Origin: a virus
Taxonomy: Duplodnaviria > Caudoviricetes
Length of the DNA: 64,000 nt
IMG/VR virus record: IMGVR_UViG_3300012979_000032
Location: 1-64,000 of that record
Strand: one strand, 5' to 3'
Shown: positions 35,450 through 49,212 of the stretch, piece after piece
Layout of the letters: every line of letters begins with the position of its first letter
Position numbering within the stretch: position 1 is the first letter of the stretch
Position numbers and translations under genes: made by a program
Notes under the pieces: model-generated
The model's input: the letters and a program-made list of their open reading frames with translations, nothing else
Database searches by the model: none
What the model was told of the DNA's origin: nothing

Positions 35450-38400
35450 TTATACCTTTCTATTAGCATACTGAGCTGCCAAATTAACAAGGTCGCCAAA
35501 AGCTTCCTCAATTTGATTCTTATCAGTAACTGCAGGGAAGCTGGCTTCAATATGAACTTCTTGTTGTAAAGTTCCTTGATTTCCATTAACGCCAGAGGAC
35601 ATTAAAGAAATAAAGCCGCCTGCAGATGCTAAAGCATTCAAATCAATTACGCTAGCAATTTGACGTAAGATTCCAACAGAAGCAAGCATATTAGCAGTAT
35701 CTTCTGCGTTAAGAACGAGTTCCTTCTGATGCAGATAAGCAAGACGTCCTTCAGATCCCCATGCACCAGTATATCCACCAGTGTCATAACCTTCTGGATT
35801 CTCTTGGCGCTCCCTTCTTCTTGCTTCAATTTCAGCAAGCACTCCGGGATCAATATCTAGATCTCCGATTTCGCCATAAGCGGTTAAGAAGTCAAGTAAT
35901 ACGCCTAACATAGCATCAGTTTCAGCTTCCATGGTAGCCATAGCCTAAGAATAATTATTTACCATGTTAGTTACTGCGTCTCCAATAGAAGTGATCTGAC
36001 TGACAATCTCAGTTGCGGCATCAGTGATATCATCAGCAGCATCTTCAGCCTCTTGAGTTGCTGCTTGAATATTACCCAGTAACGCAGATGCCAAATCCTA
36101 AGTTTCAACACCCGCTGCTGCGTTCGCGGCCGCAATTTGTTGTCTCATTGTAGAGTAAGCAGTAACAAGACGTCCAATCAAGCTTTCTCCAGATGGATGC
36201 GCAGGATCAGAACCAAAAACAGCTTCATTAAAGTTCTAGTAGAACTCTTCTTGAGATTCAAATCCGCTGACTTGAGAAAGAACTGTCTAATTCCATTTAG
36301 TAACATAATTCTGTTCCGCAGATAGCTTATATCCAGTATATTTACTAAAGTTAGTCCAATCTTTCTCATAGAGTTCTTTATTGTTACCAAGAACTTTATT
36401 CATTTCACTATTATAATACTCCATTTGAGCAGTATAATGTTCAGTAATGCGCTGGACTTCGGCTTGGTACTTTTCTTCAGTGTCGTAAATTGTAGTATCA
36501 ATCGCCGCAATTTCACTTAACATCTGAGAAGAAAGATTAGCCATATTTTCGCTTAAGCCAGTGATATATTCATCATTTGCTTTTTGCATTTCATATAGTC
36601 TATCAGCATAATCAGACTCAGCTTTAGCAACAGCATCTTCATCCGCAGTATATACGTAGTTATAGTTACCTTCAGAATCACGTCTCATAGTTACTTGGCT
36701 CTTAGCATTTTGGACTTCATCCAATGCAATTTCTGCCATTTTAAGATCTAATTTCTTCTGGAGATAATCTAGATCGTAAGCACTTAGCTCCTAATCACTT
36801 TCAAGTAAATTATTAAGCTCTTTCTGATATTTCAGGAGTTCTTTTTGTGCGCGTACATTAGAGGTACTATCAATCTTATCAGTGAGATCACGAGTCATTT
36901 TAGTGAGTTGATAAATCTTTTCATAATCATCAACATAATTTTGATCTCGTTCATTTACCTTTGCAAAAGCATCTTCAAGTTCAGACAATCCTCCGGCTAA
37001 GCCACCAGACATCATTTCCCCAATATCTCGGACTGCTGCTTCCATATTGCTTTGGAAAGCGTCGGCAGCTGCCTGGAGAGCCTCTTCCCAGGAGGAGAGG
37101 AAAGCTTCTTGAGCTTCATTCATATTATCTTGTGCGGCTTGGTAAGTATCTTTAGCAGCCTTTAATGCAGCAGCATCAATACCGCCTTCGGCGTAAGAAG
37201 CCTGCGCAGCTTCATAGGCAGCCTTGGCCTCATCATATTCAGCTTTTACTGTGTCATATTTAGTTTTATTGGTTTCAAGCTTTGCAATAGATTGAGCAGC
37301 AATAGCATCGTTAATACTCTTTAGCATAGTAGAATTAAATCCACTCATGGTTCTGCCAGTTAAGTCAATAATATTTCTATAAGTTGAAGTAATAGCTTGC
37401 GCATGTTCAACAGTAGAAATATAACGATCCATATCAGCATTGAATTCCTCAAATGCATTAGCCATATGTTCGATAGAATTGACCATTTGCTCAGACATTT
37501 GCTCTGAAGCATCCATTAATCCTTCCATAATAGTTTGAATTAATTCGATATCTCCAGATTGCATTCCTGCATTAACGAGATCCTCTGAACTGATATTTCC
37601 GTTCATTAAGTCTTCTGCTGACCAAACAGTTCCTTCTGGACTATAAGCTTTAAGCAGATCATCTAAAGCAGATTTATGAGCATCAAACTGAGTCTATGCG
37701 ATATCCATTTGTTGGCTCATTAATCCAATAGCCTCAGCTGCACTATAAGCATCGTCTTCAATGCGACTTAATTTATGTTCAAGATAGCCGAGTTGAGCTT
37801 CAGTTACTTCAAGAGCGGTATCAAGTTTGGTTTGAATCTGTCCGATAATATTATCATGCCATTCATTTAAGAAATCATCATATTCCATGCCAAGATCTTC
37901 AAGAAGCTCCATTGTTTCTTCATATTGTTCAAGAGCTTCTTTTGGATCATCAATTAAAGTTTGTTTCAAATAATCTTCATAACCAGAATAGTATTCGCCA
38001 TCTTTGTTAGTCATATCAGAATATTTTTCATCTAACTCTTCTTGAGCTTCTGCTGACATGTTATTATATGAATCAATTGCTGCATTATATTTATCAATTT
38101 GAGAACTTAAAAATTCATCATAATTATTGACATTTCCGTTACCATCAAAAGTCCAACCTGCTGATAAGGCAGCAGATAAGTCTTTCTTTCTCCATTCTTC
38201 TGCTTGGCGCATTTTTTCTTCAACAGCAGCGATTTGCTCTTTAAGAATCTTAGACTCCTATTGCATTGCACTAATGCGATTTTTGCCCCAAGCACGGTCT
38301 TCTTCTTTATTTAAGCGTTCATAGGCATCAGCTAAATCGTCGATAACATTATCAATTTCGTGGTAGCGTTCAATATTATCTTTTTTATTGATTTTATTAG

Positions 38401-41400
38401 CTCGACGAGGATCTCGACGGCCACCGCCGCCTCCTCCACCGCCGCCTCCACCTCCACCGCCGGTACCAGTTTTTTCGGCGCGCTTGGTGAAATTAGGAGA
38501 ACTTCCCCCACTATTTTTACCTTTCGGGACTTGCACAGAATAAGTTGTGGCAGTACCATTTTCAACGTCTTCATTGACTTGGTCAATTGTAATGGTTTTT
38601 GGTTGTCCATCTGCTCCAAGGACAGTTACTGGAACCGGAGAGGTGCTAATATGCTTTTTCAAACCTTCAGCATCCATTTCGACAGTTTCAAACTCTAATG
38701 GCTCCACGTCATAACCCAACATATTCATTGCATCATTTGCAATAGCTACGGCTTCCTCAAAAGATTTTCCTGAAGCCATGGCATCGCTAACGACTCCGCT
38801 CCAGAATCCATTTAAGGTTGCATAGGCTTCATCTGTCCCGGTAATAACATCTCCAGCATTAAAATTAAGTTTACTAATATCATCAGCCAGTCCTGCCAAT
38901 TCTGCTCTAGCTTCACCGAAGTTCTTTTTTAATACATCTTCCGCAGCTCTAGACTGTAATTCATCCAAAGCTTTTTGCCCTTTTTCTCCAGCATTTTCAG
39001 CAGCAGTAGCTATTAATTCAAGGTTTTCTTCATTCTATAAGAAACTATCACTCAAAGCATTGGCTTGCTTCTCAGTCAATCCAAGGACATCTTTATATCC
39101 TTTCCGTAAACCTTTAGCTGCTTCTATCTAGTCTTCCATAGAACCAGTACCATCTTTTAAAGTTTTTGCCCACTTTTTACCGTTAGTGGTTAAATCTTTA
39201 AAGCCACGCTCCATAGCCTTCAGCTAATTGGCATATTCGCGCTAAAGCTCAATAGCCTCTTCTTTAGTGATATTCATTTCTTCCATCATTTGCTAGACAG
39301 ACTACATACCGCCATCAGAATAATCGGAATCTCCACCCTCAGCAACCATTTTTTCAATGTAAGCATCCTAATCTTGAATACTGGCAAAACCAGCGTCTTT
39401 AGCTAATGCCAAACGATTATCTGCCGCTACTTGCTTTCCAGTAGTGCCATCAGCAGCGTCATCAATTACTTCATTACCAGTTTCATATCCTGACGCGCGT
39501 GCATAGGCATCAGCACCAGGCACTGTGGCCATTACAGTCTCTTGAGTATCGCCTTCTCCACGTACCCAATTACCATTAGCGTCTTTACTATAACCCATTT
39601 CCGTCATAGTAGCATCATCATAGGAAAGACTATAACTACCATCAGCATTACGCTTATACCCTTGTAGTGCCATATATTCATCAGTTTGAGCCTAATTAGC
39701 CATTTGCATAAGAGCTTGTGCAGCTGCCTCTGCAGCTCCTGTTAAAGTATCTAAAGAAACAGCTGATAAATCTGCACCTTCCGCTAATCCAAGAGCGCTT
39801 CTAAGCTATTCTTGTTCAGCAACAGTTAAAGATTCAATACCAGAATCACGAGCCTTCTCTAAAACACTTAATTTCTCTTGCTCTTTCGTTATTGCCTGCA
39901 TATTTTCAGCAGTAATCTAACTTGCCATTTGCTAATTCTTAGAAGTGGTTTCAGCCATAGCACCTGCCCAAATATCATTAACAACGGTCTAAGCATCAGT
40001 TTCTTTACCTTCTGCAATTCCAAAACCGCCTTCTTGAGTATAAGACAATAAAGAAGAATCGATTCCTAAAATGGTCGCCAATAAAGCTCCCATAAACTCA
40101 GGATCATTTGTGAATGTAGCCGCATCAGCGTCGGTTCTATGATAAACTCCTCTGTCGTCACGAGTTAATAAACCTTTTTGTACTAATACATCTCCTTCAG
40201 CCTAAGACATTGTAGCCAATTTTTCTGGAGTAAGATATTCATCAATAATTCTTCCTGGTTCTGCTAATAACTTAGGTAAGAGATCAGCATTTATATTAGA
40301 CATAAATTCCTACGTGGTAGTTGTCTATAAGCCGTAAGCTCCATTGGTTGCTGAACCAGTCCAGTCTAAATAAGCCTAAGCTCCACTTGCTTTATAACTA
40401 TTTAGATCAAAAGGATTATAATTGAAATGTGACATTGCAGACCGCTTATCTTCACCAGTTGCTGTCATCCAAGACATAATCTATTCAGTAGTAGCTCCGG
40501 TATTGGCAGGATCATTAATTAAAGCTAAATAGGTATTCTTTAATCCCTCAGCATCATTTTGCATCTAAGACAGTAAAGAAGCACTTTCTTCATCCATTAA
40601 TGCTAAACGGGCAGATGAAATTGCTTTAAATGTAGATACCCAAATATCATAAGTCTACTGAGCGGCATTTTGTTCAGAAGCAACTACACCAGCAACGCCC
40701 TCTATCATGATATCCTTAATTTGTCCCCAAGTTTTTGCAGCAGAAGCGCTTAGTAAAATACCTTCATTATCAATAACTTCTTGCATACGAGCAGTAATTT
40801 CAGCGCCAGTAGCATTATCTCCTAGCTCTTGAATTACACGATCATAAACATCTGCTAATATACCACGCTAATAGTCACTCATACCTTCAATGGCATTAAC
40901 ATCTTCGTTAGCGATAGTTTCCCAATAGGTATGCATATAGTCATCCATCACAGCATCTTGGTCAAATCTTGGCATGTTAGCCATACCTTCTTGCCATTCA
41001 ACTATAATTTCATCAGTAATATTATTCGGATCATAACCTTTAGCAGTTAACCAAGCCTAGCTAGGATTATTTAGATCATATACACCATTTGTTTGAGACA
41101 AATATTGTCCATAATTATTATACCATGACAGGGCATCTGTGCCACCTTCAGCATTTGAAAGTGTACGTCCCATAACACTATTATCATAATGCCATAGACC
41201 ATCTTCTCCTCGAACCATAGCACTCGAAGGACTAGTATCAAATTCAGCAAAGTCTGTTAGCATTGAAGCTTTTACAAGATCTCCAATACCGCCAGCTTTT
41301 ATTTCAGAGAAAGCTCCTTCTGCGGCAGCTAAAGTAGCAGCTGCATAAGAAGTCCAATCGCCAGGGTCTGCCCCAGCTAGACCATCTCTAATACCGACTT

Positions 41401-44400
41401 CAACACCATCTACAACATCATGTCCAATAGGAATCATTAAACGAGAAGGGGATTGAGTCTAGTAAGATTCTCTTGCGGCAGCTTCAGTTGCTGCTGCAGC
41501 CGGATTCCAATCTCCAGTATCAAAATTAGCCAATCCTTCGTTAATGCCAGCAGTCACGCCAGCGACAATATCAGTACCGATTTGTTCCCAATCATAAGCC
41601 TAAAAAGCAGTTTGCGCTTGAGTATAAGTCGCATCCGCTGCTCCATCAAAAACCTCCTAATCAGTAACAGTTTCTATAACTCTTTCTGAAGATGGGGCTT
41701 CTGGTAAAGGAGTTGAGGAAGAAGCTAACTCATATACACCATCTGCATTTTTTGTAACTGACTCATTTGCTTCAAGAGCTCCATAAAAAAGAATTTCATA
41801 TTCTGCTGCCAATTCAGCATCATGCTATTTTAATTGCTCAATAAAAGCCTGAATAGCTTGAATCTAAGCTATATCTGCGTCAGTCTAAAAGTTCATTTGA
41901 CCAATGGCGTCAATGGCCAAACCCATTTCTGCTCGTCTCTGTGCAGTCGCACTATCTAACCATTCTTTAGTCTTATCATGTGTAACTGTTTCAGTACTTT
42001 TCCACCACAATGCTCCAGTCTCATGAGAAGTATCATAAGTTCCTGTTGCCTGTTGCATCATTTCTTCAACATTACCAGAGTCAAAATCTCTAATAAATTG
42101 AGCTGAAGCAGTACCTGCATACTTTTCTCGTAAAGCCTATTCTCTATTTTTCTTTAGATTCTCTTCATAATTAACTGTAACAGTAATTTCAGTATCTTTA
42201 GTTAAATCAGCATTTTTTCCTTCCAAATAATTAACAACTGCAGTCATATCAACGCCAGTTTCACTAGTAAATCCTCGCAGTTCTTCGGCAGTAATTGTGC
42301 TTTCAGTTCCATCGGAAAGAGTTACTGTAATAGGATAATCATTTGGCAGTGCAGCTAAATCTGTTGCTAAATTATCAACTTCACCCTAAATAGTGCCTAA
42401 ATTAGTTGAGAATGTTAATTGTCCAGCATTTAGCTAAATGCCATTTACAGCAGTAGAATCTGTATATCCACTTTCACCCTCAACATCCATGGTTACTTCG
42501 CCAGAGTCATTAGAGCTTAATCCATATCTAGCTAAAGTTTCTTCAATCTAGCCAAAATCGCCTTCATATTTAATAGTTTTTCCATCAAGACTAATCTTAT
42601 CTACTTCTAACTATAAGGCGCTTTGCTAACCTTCTGCCCCCCCAGCCAGTATTAATGAAATAGTTTTAGATCCAGGAGTTCCGCCAACAATAGCAGTATA
42701 CTATTCAGTATAATTACCATTAGTACCATTAAATGTAATAGTTTTTGTAGCCCCATCGGCAGTGCAAGAGGTATAAGTATCTGTATAAGTTTGGCCTTCA
42801 GTTCCAATAAAAGTAATTGTTTTAGTTTCATTATCAGCGGTGCAAGACTCATATGTAGTGGTATAGGTCTATCCTTCTGTACCAATAAAAGTGATGGTTC
42901 TTGTTGCTCCATCGGCAGTGCAAGCCAGAAATTCAGCAGTATACTATTCGCCATCAGTTCCCAAGAACGTAATAGTTCTTGTTGCCCCATCAGCCGTACA
43001 GCTTTCATAAACTGCCTAATAAGATTCACCCTCTGCTCCAATAATTGTAATAGTTTTTGTCCCTGGATCTTGAAGAATCTTAATTTTTCCTGCAGCTTCT
43101 TCATCATTAACTTCTGGTGTTAAAGTAAAAGATCTATCTTCTGTTAAAGAATCAATTTCATCATATACACTCTAAGCAATATCAACAGCTTCAATAGATA
43201 GTAAACTATTATATTCTTTAGCTTTTTCATTATCTACCGCCATTCCAGCAAAAGCAGCTTCCATTGCAGCAGCTGTCTTTTTGCGGATAGCATCGGCAGA
43301 ATCATCATCGTTTAAATTTTGTAAAATAGCCTGGATTCTTTCAGCACTAACTCCAGCTTCATATAATGATGTTTTTAGATCAGCAATATTCTCAAAACTT
43401 AGAGTATCAGCAGATTCTAAATTATCTCTTATAGTGCTCATTGCATCAGAAGCACCAGATTTTTTAGTATTCCAAATTTCATCTTGGGCTTCTTTTGCGG
43501 CTATTGCTTTTTCTCGAGCCTTAGAATAGTAATCATCCTCAGCCTATCGCTTTTCCATCATTAAAGCTTTAAATGCCGCAGAATCTTCTGGATATCCAGC
43601 AATTCTAGCATCTAGCCATCTTGAATAAGCTTGATAAGAAGCTTCATACCACTCTTCATCGGACATGCTTAAATATTCTGTATAAAGATTTGGATCAATT
43701 TCTTTTAAAATTGTTAAATCTTCCGCAGTCATGCTTGCTCTGTTGGAAATCGCTTTTTCGAAGACTCCTTCATATTTAGCAGCCTCTCGCTCTAATTCAA
43801 TAACTCGTTCAAGAACGGCTTCGGCTTCCTCAATACCTTCACCGCTGGCTAAAGCCTCCTAATAAGCTTTCACTGCCTCTGCACAATATTCATATCCACT
43901 AGCTAAAGCAATTAATGATTTAGAGTAAGTCTCTTGACTAATAGTATTATTAGACAACATAGCCTACAATTCTTCAACAGTTGTAGCTGTAGAAGCAATC
44001 ATTTCTTCCAATTCTTGAGTAGCCACTGCCATCTATGCTGGGTCAGTTGCTTTCTAAACGAAATCAAATAAAGTTTCTAGTCTAGAAATATCTCCATTTT
44101 CGGCTTCTGCAATAATTTCATCAATTATTTCTCCAGTATATCCAGCATTGGCAAGCATGGTTCGAAGAGCCTCATTCTTCTCATCGGTATATAAATCTTC
44201 AAACGCTTGAGCCGCGCCCTCTCTATCAGCATCATCCCAGTTAAATTTGGTAACAGCTTCAATGCCAGCAACATTTTTATAAGAATCTAATAATTCCTTC
44301 TAATCTAAAGCCATTTGTTTAGTGGCTTCTCGCATTGCTTCTGCATCACCAATGAATTTACGACTTCCATCAGCCTATAAAGTAAAGAAATCTGCATATG

Positions 44401-47400
44401 CTTTATTAATTTTTACTAAAGTATTATAATCTTCTTCGCTAACAATATCACCAAGTTTTAAATCTTTTGTAATTCTTGCCATTGCAGATAAATTATCTTT
44501 TAGTTTAGTAAAATCTGGAATTGCTCCAGAAGCTTGACGCATTGTAGTAATAAATTCATCCCATTCGCCAGAAGCTGTATCAATGGAATAACCCATACCT
44601 TCAAAAGCAGCTTCAAACTGTTCAAATGCATCATAATCAGACCAATCGATCTAAGAAATTTGATCTAATAAAGCTGTTCTATCCTCTTCAGAAACATTTG
44701 CTTCTTCAAAGGCTTTCTCAATACCTAAATTAAGTTTTTTACCAATTTCTGCAATAGGACCTTTTTCTAATTCATTTATTGTATTGTCGAAATTTTTAAA
44801 AGCATTTAATGACATGCTTTCAGACCAATCAAGATCTCCACCATCAGCATACTCACGATAGAATCCACCACTACCTTTATGCTCTTCTGCCAACGCATTC
44901 CATTCATCGACATATGCTTTACGCATTTCTGCTCGCTTAGCCTTAGCGTCAGCTAAATCAACAAAACCTAAAGCTGTTAGCTGATCTTGAGTAAGAGCTT
45001 CCAAATCGGCGTCTGAGAAACCATTAATTTGGTCTCCTGTCATGTCATTCAAATTACCACGAGAACTCATTGCAGCAATTGCTTGCTAAGAATCCTTAGA
45101 TATTCCTTCAATCTTTCCTTCTCGCAGATCAGTATAAACCTAACTTAATGTTTCTACCTAAGCATTTACAGCAGCATCGCCTTGACTAGATTTATACCAA
45201 GTTCTTAGCATAGACTCAGTAACTTTAAAGTCTTCAGTTACATGTCCATCATCTCCAATATAACTATAAGTAAAAGAACCATCATCATTATATTGAATAT
45301 CTACGCCCTATTTTCCAGCAGTTAAAGTAGCTGCATATTCTTGAGCCCATTGTTTTCTAGTCTCTGCATCAGTAGTAGAATCAAATTTATCTCCAGCCGC
45401 TGTTGCCGCTTCAGAATAAATTTTTGAAGCTCTGGCGCTAACGTCAGCTTGAGCATCTTCATTAACTATACTATTATAAATTTCATTAGCATTTAAAACG
45501 TTCTGAGCCGCCAATTTCATGGCATCGTTTAATTGCTTATTGGCTTCAATAGTAGATTTAACTATATTTAGAATAGATTTTTTATAACTTTCGCTTTCAC
45601 CTGTAAACTATTTATCAATTAAATCTTTTAATGCAGAGTCCGTCATGGTGCCATTACTGTCTTCAAACTTCTTAACGATAGCATTAACTTTATCTTTTTC
45701 AGCTTTATTAGTTTGCTCTTTTACTTTATCATAAGTAAATAACCCGCCAAGAAGTCCTCCAACACCTCCGATTAAAGCGCCTGCGATTCCTCCAATAATA
45801 TTACCAAGACCTGGAATAATAGTTCCTAAAGCGGCTCCGCCCCAAGCTCCACCTGCGGCTCCAGCAGCAGCAACACCTGCCGCCGTTGCCCAACGGCCTT
45901 TATCATTACTCTTTGTAGCAGCATCTAAATCTGCTCTTGCTCTTGCACTAGCAGCTTCAGCTTGTGCCAAATTAGCAGCTGATTGAGCTGTTAAAGTTTC
46001 TTGTAACTTATCAGACTATGCTTGATCTATTCTCTTTTGTCCATCTTTAGTGAAAGTTATTTCACCATTTGTGCCAATGGTATAATCCTAACCTTCCATT
46101 AATCCAAGACTATTAATTAACTGTAAAGCAGCTTCATTCGTTTGAATTAAAGCTTCTTTCCATTCATCAGTACCAGCTATTAAAGAATCTAAGGTCTAAC
46201 TTCCATCTTTATAGGAATCAAAAGTTGATAATAAATTATCATAACTCTCTTGAAGAATTTTATAATTTTCCTATAATGCTTCGGCGTCTGCTTGAGCCTA
46301 TTCTGCTGCGATTTCTTCTTTTCGATAAGCTTTATCAATAGCATCTAAACCAGCAGTTAAAGCAAAACCAGCTAAATAAGCAACACCACCTAAAACGCCG
46401 CCAGTAGCAAACGCTGACACAGCACTGCTCGCAACAGACATAGTACTAGTAATTTTCTAAGCAGTACTTGCGCTTTCATCGCCTAAAGTGGCCATTAATG
46501 TAGATGCTTGAGATAATCCGGCGCTAAATGACATAACAGCCTAAGAAGCTTTTTGCATTCCACTAGCAATTTTTGCGGCCTTTTCTTCGCGCATCTGTTC
46601 CATGGCTCGTCTTTGAGCCTCTTGCTCCTGAACTGTTGTCGCTTGAGTTGGAATTTGATTTGTACGCACAGCTTCTTCCCAATCAATCATGCCCTAAGCT
46701 TCGCCATGTGTTCTTCCTGCTCCGACGTAATCCTCTAATGCATTACCCGCCTCAAGATCTGCTCCTTTAGCTCCGTCAATAACATCTTGGATTTCTTTTT
46801 CAGCGGCGTTAGCAGCATTTACAATTTTCTATAAAGCTTTTTCAATATCTTCAATTTTAGTAACAGTACCTTCGCCAAAAGTCTTATTAATACTAGCCAT
46901 TAATTGAGTACGACCACTAACGTCATCGGGCGACATCTGTTTTAAAGCACTCGAATATTTATTTGCCATTGTGGTCTAATAAGCAGCATTAGACTATTTT
47001 TGTCTCAAATCTAAAAGACCTTGTACGCCATTGGATGCGCTATATCCCTCTGCTCTAGATAATATCCAATTAGCAGCTGCATCATTACTACGCACAAAAG
47101 TAGTACCATTTTTTCTGGTTCCTTTTTGAGCAGACCCTGCACGAATTACATTTTTAATATCAGCTGTAGAAGATTGTTTTTCAGCTTTAGCTAAAGCTTC
47201 TTTTTCTTGTCTTAAAGCTAATACTGCTGCCTGCTCTTCAGCCATGGCAGTAATGTCAGCCTAAGCTCTTGCTTTTTGAGCTGCTGTTAAACTACCTTCT
47301 GTAGATATCAATTGCTGTTTTGCCGCAAGCAATTTACTAGCAGCTTCGACAGAATAATATTCAGCAGAATCTTTTTTCCCGCTAGCCTCCAATTGAGACA

Positions 47401-49102
47401 TAGTTTTTGCGTAACCTGCTTGAGTATTCTTTATTTCCTTCTCAGCATTTACTTGAGCATAACTTTTAGTTTTTCCAGTTAATACTCCTTTTATTCCCGC
47501 GCCAACTTTGCCCAAGGCATTTTTTCCTTCAAACTAACCTGCCCAAGTATTTAATTTTAATAAACTATCACTAATACCGGACGTAATCTGCTAAGAAAAT
47601 ACTTTCGTAGCAATCATTCCGATTGTGCTTAAAATACCTGGTAACCCACCGAAACCATTAGCTAAAGCTGTTACCGCTTTAGTCACGGCAGTAATACCAT
47701 TAGTCATTTTAATAAAGCCTTTATCGTTCAAAAGAGTGGAAAATAATTCCTCTACCGCGGCTTTGCTTCTATTGGCTGCAGCCTCCCAAGACTCAGCATA
47801 AATATCTTGCTGTCTTTGCAAAGACCCATCAGCACCCTTGGCAGTATTCAAATTCTATTTCATACTGTCCCAATTATCCATCAGAGAAATAAGGGTTGTA
47901 TACTGTCTTACTCCACCAACCGTTTGAGCCAAAGCAGTTTTCTGCGCCATAGAAAGATTCTACCACTTTCCAGCTAAAGACTCTAAAATAGTATCCATAT
48001 CTCGCATATTGCCAGTAGCATCTAAAATATTAACTCCAACTGTTTTTAGAGCACTAGAATATTTATTAAGATCAACACCATCTTCCAAGGTTTCTCCAAG
48101 AGATAAACCTTGTAATCTTGAGAAAATAGTTCTTAGTCCAGTACCAACTGTATCAGCACTTTGACGAGTTTTAGAAACAATCGTTGCCAGTGCACTAGTC
48201 GCATAATCGTAAGACAATCCAATTGTTTTACCAATTGACGCAAATTTTTCCAGACCAGCCGCAATTTCTTTTGTGCTAGAAGCAGTTGTTGCACCAAGAG
48301 CAGTCATAACATCAGCATAATGTTCCAATGACTTACTACCGTCATCGAAGTTATTCCAAATTGCTGTCATATAAGAAGAAACATCTTCCATATTTTCTTT
48401 AGTAACATTCGCCATTTTTATAACAGCATCAGTACGCTTTTTTACTTCAGCATCGCTTAAACCCTGTTGATAGAAAATCAAAGACGCTTTTGCATAAGAA
48501 TTTGTCGTTGTACTTAACTTTTGCGCACTTGCATTAGCCGCTTGAGCGAACTTCGCCATTTCAGCCGCGCTTTGACCAGTAACAATGCGAATATCATTCA
48601 AAGAACTATTTAAGTTTTTTGTATATGAAATAGCATCTGAAATAGCTTTAGTTACTCCCTAATACATCGTTGCAGAAATTTGGTACTAAGCAGTATTCTT
48701 CAATGTTCTAGCAAAAGATTGAACTAATCTATTTGCAGTTTTTAAAGGAACTTCTGTGTGAGCAACAGCAGTTGCCAAAGACATAAAAGCCTATTGTCCG
48801 GCTGTACCTGCTCTTAAAAACTAAGCACTAATTTCATTAACAGAAGTGCCGGCCTCGCGAAGATTTTTATTTAATACAGATAAATCTAATTTATTTGTAT
48901 TTTGATTAAAAGCCCGATTTAAGCTTGACTCTAAAACTTTGGCGTTTTGTACCGCTTCATTTAACCCAAAATCTTCAAAGCCTCTGGAAGCCTAAGCCTT
49001 GCGCAAATTAGTTAAAGATGCTTCTAAAGACGAAATAGCTTTTTTAGCTGCGGTAATATCAGCGTCAATGCCCAATCGCACTTTTACTACATTCTCGGCC
49101 AT
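35450..49102 (-). CDS. Tape measure protein (4,550 aa; code 15)
   Basis: AAAGGAG RBS and ATG at 49102. Seventeen track ORFs fall in one frame, and the gaps checked by hand contain only TAG. TP901-type TMP core (NDIRIVTGQS..., TRQSADTVGTGLRTIFSRL). Ala-rich helical repeats, a GxxxG hydrophobic segment and a C-terminal YDTGGYTG..HQKELVLN motif. Confidence 0.85.
42700..43060 (-). repeat. 78-bp (26-aa) Cys-containing repeat inside the TMP, CTADGAT[KR]TITFxGTxGxxYTxx[YF]x[SA], 4-5 copies
   Basis: Manual translation of the TMP frame. Confidence 0.8.
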
Positions 49103-49166
49103 AATTCTATCTCCTTTCTCTCCTCACGGTAAAAAATAATGAGGGTAAATAAATTACCCCCATCCC

Positions 49167-49212
49167 CTATTTTTTATTAAAATTATATTATTTTTTTTAA
49201 TTACATTAGCCC
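49167..49212 (-). promoter_or_regulatory. Putative phage late-promoter motif, copy 5 (GGGCTA...AATAAAAAATAG), upstream of the TMP
   Basis: 46-bp fixed spacing, followed by a weak hairpin at 49141..49161. Confidence 0.55.

Noticed and set aside
42652-43107. 151-aa minus-strand ORF in an alternative frame of the TMP
   Set aside because: It is an off-frame product of the 78-bp repeat. The TMP frame gives a coherent repeat with synonymous variation.
6636-49102. Fragmented ORFs as pseudogenes of a decayed prophage or as sequencing errors
   Set aside because: All fragments stay in frame, the interruptions checked are exclusively TAG, and no frameshift or in-frame TAA/TGA was found.
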